Source: Lama guanicoe (Eukaryota). Taken from it: a DNA stretch of 64,000 bases. The position numbers and the translations under genes were made by a program. The stretch spans positions 3,463,817-3,527,816 of the forward strand of contig MU053933.1 of NCBI GenBank assembly GCA_013239625.1, in the 5' to 3' direction. Under the pieces are notes generated by a model. That model was not told where the DNA came from, did no database searches, and saw only the letters and a program-made list of their open reading frames with translations. This document shows positions 1-10,250 of the stretch, piece after piece (positions within the stretch are counted from its first letter, which is position 1; the number at the start of each line of letters is the position of its first letter).

Positions 1-926
1 AAATCCATCACAACGACCAAGGGCCCTGCCTGCCCTCGTGGTGTCACTGGGGCTGAGAGGGAGCACCCAAGCCCAGCTGGGCCCTGAGGACCTGCAGTAA
101 GCGTGAACACGCCTGGGACTAGGGGAGCCTCCTGCATCGGCACCCCCAGCACCCCCCCGCCCCCGTTCCTGGAAGACCTCCAGGTGTAGGACCCCCTGAG
201 GCCACCCCTTCCCACTCCATTTTCTCCGCGTGTGCTGCCAGAGCCTCTGCCAAAGGCGAACGCCCTCCAGGTAGCGGACCCAGCCTGCCAGCACCCTCAG
301 CCTCGCCACCAGCCCATCCAGAACCTTCTCAGCTTGGCCCTGCCCACCTCTCGCCTTCTCTTCTCCCACACACTCAGGTCCCCAAGGCCTCCACGTGCCA
401 GGTCCCAGCAGCTGCCCTTCTCCAACATGGCCCCTCTGCTTAAGAAAGCCAGGCTTGCTTTCCATCACTTGGGGCCCAAAATGCTGAACACGGGTGTGAG
501 GCTCTCAAAGTGGGACGCTCATTCACCTTCAAAAGTCTGCCCTGGAGATTAGGGGCCTAAGCTTCCCTGGCCATTGGGACGTTTTGGAAGAGAGTTGACA
601 CACTTCTTCCCCACCCTGAGGTCTTCCCGACACTGAATTCCCCTAACACTTCCACTCCTAGCGCAGGGTTAGGGCCTGGGGCCGAGCTGGGACGCCAGCC
701 TCTCATCTGTAACCGGGAGATAAGACCGTCCTCCCCCAAAGCCTGTTATCAAGGCACCCGTGGGACCTGAGGGAGATGAGACGCGGGGGCTGAGGTGCCC
801 AGCAGGCCAGCCGGGCAGCCCTGCAGCCACTGCGGGCTCTCAGCCGACTGAGCCTCTTTGAGCCCCATTTGGGGGGGTGTCTCCCCACACTGGTTCTGCC
901 CCAAGTGCACCACAAGGGAGACTCAC

Positions 927-1091
927 CGAGGGCTGGATGATGCGAGACAGCTCCGGGGCTGACAGGGGCAAGGAGGCGGCGGGGTAGACCCCCACGGACG
1001 GCACCTCTGGGGGCAGCGCTGACCCACGGGCTCCTCTGTTCAACCCCCTCCGGGCACAGGCCTGGGTGACCTCCTCCAGGAGGTGTTGTTC
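927..1091 (-). CDS. C21orf58: C21orf58 ortholog, internal coding exon (EQHLLEEV...RIIQPS, 55 codons); later exons lie before the window start
   Basis: Minus-strand acceptor gtgttgcag|GAA and donor TCG|gtgagt; 165 nt, phase 0/0; resembles recalled human EQHLLDELSRAQ...GSALPPE...PRIILPT. Confidence 0.88.
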
Positions 1092-1820
1092 CTGCAACAC
1101 CAGAGCAGAGCCTGCTGCCTGGAGGGGAGAGCCCTGGGCCCGGCAGGGAGACGGCAGCGCCAGTGCCCGGGAGTGCGGCCTTCTGTGTGGGAGCAGCTGG
1201 TGTCCCTGGTGTCCGCTGGGCTCTCCCCTCACCCCACCCAGGGCACACGGAGCAAGGCCATTGCACAGCCTTGCTGGAACTGGAGGCAGCCCCTGGAGGC
1301 AAAGCCGGCAGGCCCTTCACGTGGTGCACACATGAGGAATTTACCAAAAACTACTTTTTTTCCAGTTGATAGAGTATATTCTGTCTCTGACACGCATCCA
1401 TATCTACGTCACTACAAAGCAGTATTTTTATCACAATTATCTGTTTGGACCCAGGTCACTCCCTGCTGCTGGTGAGTCTGGTGTGGACGAAGCCCTGGGC
1501 ATCTCGGGACCCCACTTCTCGGGAAACCGGGCCCTTTCCACAGCATTTCCACTTGGACCACGTGCACCCGAAGCAGGTGTTTTCAGCCAGTTGGAGCCCA
1601 GCCTGCATAAGCAGTCCTGTGTGCTCTGCTCTCCGCGAAGTCCGCGATCCGGGAGCGACGCCCCCAGCTGCTCGGCCCATCAGGCGTCCACCCCCACATC
1701 ACAAACATCAGAATCAGTACTGGGTCCAGAAGGACTTCCCGTGCCTCTGCTCTGAGTGTGGGGCCCGCTGTTTCAGCCCTGCGAGCTGGGCTGAGGCTCC
1801 ATGTGGCCACGTGGACCTAC

Positions 1821-1894
1821 CCAGAGTCTCTGCAGGAGATCCTCCCTCCTCCTGCGAGCTCTCCGCAGGGCTGACTCCGGCTCGTCCCCGTCTC
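1821..1894 (-). CDS. C21orf58: C21orf58 ortholog, internal coding exon (GDGDEPESALRRARRRREDLLQRLW)
   Basis: Acceptor ctccctcag|GA, donor TGG|gtaggt; 74 nt, phase 1/0 fits both neighbours; resembles human ...ALKRRRDLLQRLR. Confidence 0.88.
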
Positions 1895-2413
1895 CTGAGG
1901 GAGCACATGCATCAGGGCTCGGCCCTCGCAGACCCGTCCCAGCGCCCCGGCCTCTCGCCCTGGGACCTGCATATACTGTCCTACAGAAGGAGGTAGGTGC
2001 CCCCTTCAGAGAGCTCAGTGTCTGAGTCGGGGCCTGCCCAGTAGGCAGCCTCATTCCTGGAGAGGGGCCACAGGTCAGAGTGTGGGTTCCTGCTGGACCC
2101 AGGAACCGCACAGCTCCTGCATCTGTGGCAGAAAGCCCTTGGGCTCTGCTGGGCACCATGAGAGGAAGGAGCCCCACAGGGCCCAGGACTGGGCTGAGAG
2201 CCCAGCCCCCCATCACCTGGAGCCACCCACTGGCCCCAAACTGCCTGCAGGCTGGCGTGGTCCAGTGAACAGCACCCTTGAGTCCATGCCTCTCCAAGAA
2301 GAGAGGGCTCTGGGAGGGGTCTGGTGGTCCCCAGCCTCCTTTCCTCTGGGTGGCGCGGGCCTGCCCTTCCCCCCAGAGCTGGGGATGCCTGAACCACCTA
2401 TCCTTTGGAGGTG

Positions 2414-3028
2414 CCCAGGGGTCCCGACACCCCCCAGGGGTCCCCACATTCCCCAGGGATCCCCACATTCCCCAGGGGTCCCCACTCCGCCAGGAGTCCC
2501 CACATTCCCCAGGGGTCCCCACTCCCCCAGGGTTCTCCACTCCCCCAGGGGTCCCCACATTCCCCAGGGGTCCCCACTCCCCTAGGGGTCCCCACATTCC
2601 CCAGGAGTCCCCACATTCCCCAGGGGTCCCCACTCCCCCAGGAGTCCCCACATTCCCCAGGGGTCCCCACTCCCCCCGGGGTCCCCACCTCCCCCCGGGG
2701 TCCCCNNNNNNNNNNNNNNNNNNNNNNNNNNNNNNNNNNNNNNNNNNNNNNNNNNNNNNNNNNNNNNNNNNNNNNNNNNNNNNNNNNNNNNNNNNNNNNN
2801 NNNNNNNNNNNNNNNNNNNNNNNNNNNNNNNNNNNNNNNNNNNNNNNNNNNNNNNNNNNNNNNNNNNNNNNNNNNNNNNACGCCCCCAGGAGTCCCCACA
2901 TTCCCCAGGGGTCCCCACTCCCCTAGGGGTCCCCACATTCCCCAGGGGTCCCCACATTCCCCAGGGGTCCCCACTCCCCCAGGAGTCCCCACATTCCCCA
3001 GGGGTCCCCACTCCCCCAGGAGTCCCCC
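2414..3028. repeat. Minisatellite of alternating ~19-20 bp units (ggggtccccacattccccag / ggggtccccactcccccag), interrupted by an assembly gap at 2706-2879
   Basis: Directly visible tandem units on both sides of 174 Ns. Confidence 0.97.
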
Positions 3029-3619
3029 ATTTGTGCTGCTCCATGTTCTGTGCTCGCCCTCGGTCAGGCGACCTGATTTGGGATTTTCTATCTGGATTTG
3101 GGCCGTGGGCTCTGCCCGCTGCCCAGGGGCTGCCTGGGTCCCTGATGGCTCAAGAAGCTACATCGCATAGTAAAGAACAAGCACTATCTCCCGAGCGCCT
3201 CGCCCGGATGTCCCTGAGCCCAGGGACGGCAGTCCCCTCCCGGTCCCTGTGGCCTGAGCTTTGGGCCGCTGGCCACATGGGTGGAAGACGGGGCATCTGA
3301 TCTGGGTGACCAAGGATGCACAGACTGATGGGGGTGGGATGAGCCCCCGTCCCACCCCAGCAGGCTCTGGGCAAGGCAGTCTGGTGCGAGCGTGGCCCCT
3401 TCTGATCTAACCCCTCTGTGCCTCCTTCTCATCTGCAAGATGGGGTTAATGGGCGTGCCCCCCTGGGTGTGAAGACTAGAGGCGTGCTGGTCAGAGCACT
3501 TGGGGGGTGTATGTGTGGGTGTGTGCTAAAGGTTCACGAAAAGCCTTTCCACCTGGAGGTCAAGAAGATTGAGGGCGCTCTTCCCATGACAGGGCCTGCG
3601 CAGCCCCAGGGGCTCTTAC

Positions 3620-3680
3620 CTGGCCTGAGACAGGGGTCCTCAGAATCCCCTTCCACATTCTCACGCTCTTGCTCCAGTTT
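3620..3680 (-). CDS. C21orf58: C21orf58 ortholog, internal coding exon (KLEQERENVEGDSEDPCLRP)
   Basis: Acceptor ttccccacag|AAA, donor CAG|gtaaga; 61 nt, phase 0/1; resembles human [21 protein letters not shown]. Confidence 0.9.
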
Positions 3681-4484
3681 CTGTGGGGAAAAGAGACCAC
3701 GACCAGGACATGGGTTCCAGGCACCTGCTCCGTGTGAGGGGCCCAGCCAGGCCCCAGAGCCCCAGAAGGAGTGGCTGGAGGCAGGAGGGGAGTGAGGTAG
3801 ACCTGGGGGCAGGTGGCCAGTGTGGGACCCTGTGGTCACACTCTCCACACGATGAGCACACACCCTGCCTTGAAACCTAAGGGGATGCTCTGACACACAC
3901 AGGCCCCTGCAGGCCACTTTCTGAAGACCCTGATCGCCCCACCTGAGCCCTGGGCTGATCCCTGCCACTCCTCTGTGGCAGCCCCTGGCCACCTGGGCTG
4001 GGGCCGTCGCAGGGTGAGGGCAGCAGCAGAACAGAGCAGGCAGATGTGGCGGGGCCGCGGGGCTGCTGGGCCGGGCAGCCTGTGAGGGCCGCGCAGACCC
4101 TCAGAGAAGAATGTTGGTGTGAAGTTGGGTCCACCAGGCTGCGAGCCCCAGGCCTGGCCTGAGCGGCTCCAGGTCCTGCACGGTGCAGAGTCTGTGTTCC
4201 CTTAAACACGAAGCCAGGAGGCTCCGCGGGGAGCCTGGTGGGGCCCTGGAAGTGCTCCAGCCTGAGGGTGGCGCCTGCCTCCTGGCCTTGGAACCTGACA
4301 GAGAGCCTGCCTGGTTCTGCACAAACACAAAGAAGAACCAGGAAACCACAGCTCTTCATTACCAGGCTAAAACCACTGAGAAGGGTTTTACTTGGAAGCC
4401 GGCACGCTCACAGCTGTAACCTTACCTTTCAAAGCTGTGCTCCTGTAATGAGCTGTTAAAAACACAAGTGCCCAGCTGTCTTAC

Positions 4485-4544
4485 CTTCTCTAGGAGTTTC
4501 AGAGCCAGTCGGGCCATTTGATCTGCCACCGAGGAGTCCAGCAT
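4485..4544 (-). CDS. C21orf58: C21orf58 ortholog, probable first coding segment (MLDSSVADQMARLALKLLEK)
   Basis: ATG at 4544-4542 with G at -3; donor AAG|gtaaga; in-frame upstream TGA at 4662-4664; resembles human [20 protein letters not shown]. The 5' boundary of the exon is uncertain. Confidence 0.82.
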
Positions 4545-5879
4545 CCCAGGACCACAGGAGGGGACGCCGCAGGCTCCCCACCCCCCAGCTCTCAGTTCCC
4601 TTAGGAAAGCCACTCGGTGGGAGCAGCAGCCCAGACCCGGGCCGTGGAAGGGCTCCCGCGCTCAGCTCGGCTCCTGGAGACCAGCTGCTGGGCCAGAGAA
4701 GAGCTCCTGGGAGGGCGGCCACCTGCCCCGGACACAGAGTGCCCACAGCCAACGCCTGCGCCTCCGTGGTGGTTGCTAGGTGCCGCAGGCGTGGGGAGGC
4801 CCTGGGTTGCCAGGTTTCTGCTGAGTCCTCAGCCCCGCCTGGTGCCCATGCAGGGGTTACCCGTAAACACCACCAATTCTGAGGTGTGGCCAGGTGGGGC
4901 TCCTGAGGAAGGAAAAAGTGGGCAGTTGCTGGGGCCAGAGGACAGTCCCAACACCCCCACCCCAATGCCCCATCCTCAGGACAGAGCCCAGCCCTGCAGG
5001 GGCCTCCTCCACCCCCAGTCCATTACAGCTGCCAGGAGGCCAGCAAGCCCCTGTCCCTCCTAGGGATCCTGCCAGCCAGATGAGAGCCATGGCCGGACCC
5101 CTGGAGGACAGGGTGTGGACACAACCCCCAGCAGATTTCAGGAAACTCTGGGTGGCAAAGGGGTGGCACAAGGGAGCTGGCCAATGAGGCATCTGGGGGT
5201 TTCCAGCTGAGGGCTCAGATGGGCCCATCCCAAGGCACCCAGCCAGCACCTCAGAGGACATGAGGCCACTCTGGGCCACTATCCCTCAGGGCAGTTGTGA
5301 TTCCAGCACTGGGACTGCCTGGCTGGGACTCAAGCCCAGAGAGGGGTGGGGATCCTGGTGGCTGAGCTGCAGGGGTACCTGGGAGCAGGTCAGCCCTTGG
5401 TGGGTGACCCACCTGCCGGCCAGAGTGCATGTCCATAGGGCTGCTGTGGGGAGGGGGCGTGGGGAGGGGGTATGCCCAGCAAAGGGGAACCTTTTATAAA
5501 GGGTGGTTTTCTTGGAGGGTAGGGCACTGAACAGATAAGAGCAGCTCTTCATTTGTATTCTTTCCATTTCAGATTTATGGGGACAGCAGTCTGCGGCTGG
5601 GGTAGAGCAGGGGGTCTGCTTGCTTACAGCCCCTCCTCAGTGCAACTGATCAAGAGATTTGCATCAGACGGCCAAAACTGGGCTAAAAGTTCCTTAAGTT
5701 GCCCATACACTTCAGTATTTGTGGTTTTATATGTATCATAACCCTTAGATTCAAACAGGAGGTCTGAGTGTGCACACTAATGAGCTAACTTGTCAACTCA
5801 GGGTGCTAGGAGGTAATTAACACCTTCCAGTGGGTGTTTGTTAGTTTAAATAAAAGCTCTACTTTTAAGAACAGTATTT

Positions 5880-6008
5880 TTTATTTTTGGGTGGGGGAGG
5901 TAATTAGGTTTATTTATTTACTTATTCTAATGGGGGTACTGGAGATTGAACCCAGGACCATGTGCATGCTAAGCACACACTTTACCACTGAGCTCTACCT
6001 TGTCCCCC
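5880..6008 (-). mobile_element. tRNA-derived SINE (camelid vic-1-like), nested in an old L1 3' end
   Basis: Minus-strand A box agctcagtgg and B box gggttcaatctcc, AT-rich tail, TSD agaacagt(a/t)ttt at 5868 and 6009. Confidence 0.85.
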
Positions 6009-6650
6009 AGAACAGTTTTAGATTTACAGAAAAATTGAGAGAACAGTGCAGAGAATTCCCACGGACTTGGCTTCCTCTATCAGTAAGTCTTGCATCAGTA
6101 TGACAGATTGGTTACAATTCATGAACTTGTATTGATACATTAACTGAAGCCCACACTTCATTTGACTTCCTCATTACTTTGCCTAATGTTCCTTTGTTGC
6201 TCCGGGTCCCTGTCTAGGACACCCCGTGACGTTTAGTCATCGTGTCCCCTTTGGCTCCTCTTGCCTTTGATGACCCTGACACTTCTGAGGCATGCTGGTG
6301 CACATCAGTACCTAGTGTACCTGCTGTTTTGTAGGGTGTCCCTCTGCTATGGGGATTTGTTTGATGATTTCTCATGATCTGACCGGGGTTGTGGGTCTAG
6401 GGGGAAGACCCTGGAGGCGAAGGGCCCTTCTCATCACGTTCCATCCGGGGTGCGTGCCGTCACCATGACCTTCGCAGTGACGATGACCTTGGTCACCAGG
6501 CAGAGGTTTCTCCACTGCACATCTACCGTTTTCCTCCCCCTTTCCACACTGCCCTCTGCTGGAGGAAGTAGTAATGTGTGCGTACACAGCCAATACATAA
6601 GGAGTGGGGGTTATGATTCCCTCCTTGAGAGTGAGTATCTACATATTTGG
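6009..6650 (-). mobile_element. Old L1 3'-UTR fragment (L1MC/MD-like), approximate ends
   Basis: Typical L1M 3' motifs such as cagttttagatttacagaaaaattgag and gtttctccactg; family assigned from recall. Confidence 0.6.
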
Positions 6651-8549
6651 ACAGCTTTTTAATTGTTAAAAATAAAGACGCAGATCCAACATTTACAGAA
6701 TATCTATGGAAATAATTCTGGGGTTCTGAGGAACACAGTTTGAAAACCACTGGTCTAAGCAGTGTGGGCAGTGCACAGGGGTCCCCACAGTTTCATATGT
6801 ATTGCAATGTGAGCAGTTTGAGAGATTCAGGCACAGATCGGAGTCTGACTGCTCTTGAGTCTGATCCCTTGGTATGCTGGTGTTCCCTGCTGACTCCTGG
6901 TCTCATGAGCCCACCGCCTCATCTCTGCTCCAGCTGCTTAATTCTGCGAGCCAAAACTGGAAACTCCACTCACCACACAAGGGACTGTGGTGTGACTCAC
7001 GTGGTTGAGTTTCTGGGGCTCCCTGAAGGTTTGTGTAAGCTGTGGCTGCTCAGACTCCCAGGATTGCACTGAGGATGAACGATGAGCTTGTGTCAGGGAG
7101 GTGTCACTACAGCACATTAGCGGAAGAGCGGAGTTGTGCCCACTCAGTCTCAGAGAGTGGACAGAGAGCACAAGGCCCGCACACAAACACATTCCGGTAA
7201 AGGCACAGGAGTGGGTGAAGGAAACCCAGAAACCTAAGTGTGTTTGCTGGACAGCCCTGCACAGTCACCTCCCCAACCTTGCTTTATATGCCACCTTCTC
7301 TCTAGTGGCCACTTGCAGTACTGTCACCCCATGCAGCTCTACCACGGCCCAGATGTGACATATGGGTGAGTTCATGGGTATATCCACTTCTCGCATAGGG
7401 AAATCCAGGCGCAGCTGCTAAGGGGTCTCCTGTGTCTCTTCCCCCATCCTTGTCACTTGCCTGGACTCTGCGGTTCCTAACCCTGCAGTGAAACGTGGTG
7501 CTAGTCCCAGCCTCGAACCCAAGGTGGTGCGTTCATTTTCCTTTCAACGGTAAATAGGATGCTACCCACAGAGAGGAGAAAAGGTAAAATGAGACCCAGG
7601 AGATTAAGCCCATTTAGGTAAAGGTCACCTGCTGGTGGGAGCATCCTTGCTCCCCTTCCCCCACCACGGTGCCCACATGGTTGGGAACACTCACCAGGCA
7701 GTTACATCAGAGTAACAAGAGGTGCAGGTGAGATGCTATGGATTAATGTCAACTAGTCAGAGCTTATCCGCTTCCAGTGAGCTTGATTACACTAACAGTA
7801 TTTGATTGTTAATCCAAACTGTGGGCTAGGAATAAAACCTTGCACTGATTCCTTATCTGAACAGACAGGTTCAAGTGGAGTTTGAAGTCAAGGAACAATG
7901 ATTTCAGATTCAGACACAGACCATGAATACATAACCAACATCACATTCCTTTCTTTTTTTTTTTTTGGATTTTTAATAGACTTCATTTTTACATCAGTTT
8001 TAGGTTCACAGACATTTGAACAGGAACAGCATATTCCCTTTAAAATAACAATTTACAGTATATTTGAAATGATTTACCCAAACATTTCAAGGCCTTAAAA
8101 CATCTCAATGTGATGAATTTTTGCTTATCATTGAAACAGCTCTCTCCCTCTGGTGATCTAGAACTGGGTACAATTACTGTGTTATTTAAAATTTCAGGCA
8201 ACTTGGCAAGTCAGCGCTACCCAGCCCCTTCCACGCTAAGGCCCCTAACAGGAACAGGCGCGTATTCCTGGTAGGGGTTTCCCTTTCCTGCCCTTCTCTC
8301 CGGAGCACCCCGCCCCCACCCCAGCTTGGGGTTCTCCAAACACTCTGACTCAGGGCACTGCTTTACGGCACACGTGCCAGACTGCCATGGACCCATGACT
8401 GTGGGACCCACTGGTCAAATCGTGAACTGCACCACCCAGAAGCTGCAAGCTCGGGGTAGGGCATTCAACCAGAGGCCTGGATAGGTACCGTGTCCCCAGC
8501 AGGAAGAATCCACGGGTCCAGGAGTCAGCACCGCGGGTGGCTTCTTGTC

Positions 8550-10250
8550 CCTGCCGCTCTGGGCTCTGTGGGCTGGGATCCGATTCCCACTGAACCAACC
8601 CGGCCGCCGCCGGGACTCCGGCTCCTTGGGTCCAGGTGCTGGCGGGGCCCAAGAGAAGGACGCACAGGAACGGAATCAAGTGATCTTGTCGGCTACCTGC
8701 GGCCGTGACACGAACAAGGCCAGCACCCCGGCCGGCGAAAGGAACCCTGGAGACGAGGGTTTGGGTCCTGCAAACCCGGAGCCCGCCACGAGCCGGACGC
8801 GACTTCTGAGGCAGACCCGGGCTGGCGCGCACCAGCGAGGCCGGCCTCCCGGGATGTCCCCAGGCGCTCGCGAAGCAGACCCAAGTGGATACGGGCGAGG
8901 GCCCTCCGGTAGCGACCCCCGCCTGCGGGAAACGAGTATCCGCCGCCTGGCCAGTCCCGCCGGACTCCGACCGCCCACGTGCGCGGAGCCCTTCAAACCG
9001 ACCAACCACAGCGAGCACAGAGGCCTCCGCGCCCCGCTCATTGGTCCAGCCCGAGGAGGCGGGACCGTCAGCGCGCCAATTGGAGGGGCTGCTACAGGAG
9101 CGGGGCTCCGGCGGGCCTCACCGCCCTGAGCGCGCTGTGCTGAACGCGCGTGCGCGAGGGTAGGAGCGCGGGCCCTGATTGGCCGCGAGCAGGCGGTTCA
9201 CGCGGGGCAGGGCCGGGCGCGGGGCGGACCCACATCTGCGTGACAGTTGTCGCGGGGGGAGGGTGAGCCCAGGCTAGGGGGAGGGAGTGTAAATAGAGCG
9301 AAGGCGGCGCCGCGTCGACCGCGCTGCAGCCGGGCGACCCGCGGAGAGCCCTGGAAGATGGAAGAAGATGAGCAGGAGCAGCGGCGCAGAAAGGTGGAGG
9401 CCGGGAGAGCGAAGGTAAACGGCAGCGCTTCCTCCCCCCGCTGTCTCGGCGTAGGCTCTTCAGGGCGGGCTCCAGTGCCCGCCACCGCCCCCTGCCAGGG
9501 GGGGACGCGCCAGGCGGGGACCGCCGCCGCACTCTTGCCCTTTCCGCCGACTCGGCTGGAAGCCGCCCTCTGGTCGCCGCCATCTTGAATCCGCCGCCCT
9601 CTGCCCGGACCCGCCCCCCGTCCCGGTCGCAACCAATCAGCGGCCTGGTTCGCGCGGCGCCTTGCAGGGAAGCCAGGCGCGGGGCACGCCGGGACTGGTG
9701 AGGATGCGCCTGCGCCGGCGGGGGCGGGGGCGGCCCTCTCCCCCCCGCCCCCACGGGGACCCACCCACCCCAACGATGTCTGCACGGGGAGTGGGCAGGG
9801 CGGCCTAGCTGATGGACCGCGGTGGCCTCGGGACGCGGGGTCCTTGAAGGCCGCCCGCTCTCGGAGCCTGTGGTGCAGGGACGGGCGTTGTCACCCACCT
9901 GCGCACCTGTGCACACCTGCTCTCACCTGCGCGGCTCTGTCCTTGCCCGGATTCCTGGAGGGCTTGGAGGCCGAGACTTAACTGCAGTCGGGCGTTAGGA
10001 GCCTATGGCTCGGCTCTACTTCCATTCGATCAGAACTACGTGCAGATACTCAGTTTTACCCAGAATTCTGCGGTTCTTTTTCGTATTAAAAAGTTTCGGA
10101 GTGGTATTCCAGAGCCCGCAACTTGTTTACTCTGAGGGATGCCTCCCGCTGACCCAACCTCTGGTGTACTGGGCCCCGAAGCGCCCGTGCCGCCGCCTCG
10201 CTGCTTGGGGCCCAGGTGGATAGCTTTGGGCTGGCGAGGGCTGAGGGACT
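8550..10250. promoter_or_regulatory. CpG island / bidirectional promoter shared by PCNT (+) and C21orf58 (-)
   Basis: Very high GC and CpG density around PCNT exon 1; CCAAT boxes at 9040, 9076-9083, 9178 and 9633; GC boxes; NRF1-like sites at 9145-9156 and 9705-9716; YY1 site at 9576-9587. Confidence 0.9.
9358..9414 (+). CDS. PCNT: Pericentrin exon 1 (MEEDEQEQRRRKVEAGRAK)
   Basis: Strong Kozak aagATGG; donor AAG|gtaaac; characteristic PCNT/AKAP9 N-terminus. Confidence 0.96.

Noticed and set aside
1773..3300. Long repetitive ORFs (GTPGGVGTPGECGDPWG / SPHSPGVPT) and a superficially CRISPR-like array
   Set aside because: These are translations of an intronic minisatellite and N gap, open in several frames. 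There are no unique spacers or cas genes, and the context is eukaryotic.
6780..7760. Possible ERVL/LTR-derived sequence
   Set aside because: It looks repeat-derived, but I could not define termini, a TSD or a family.
8200..9000. First exon of C21orf58
   Set aside because: It is expected here from the promoter layout, but I could not assign a convincing minus-strand donor.
8350..9916. Overlapping 190-270 aa ORFs across the CpG island
   Set aside because: Long stop-free frames are expected in very GC-rich DNA; the peptides are low-complexity Arg/Pro/Gly/Ala with no recognisable domain.
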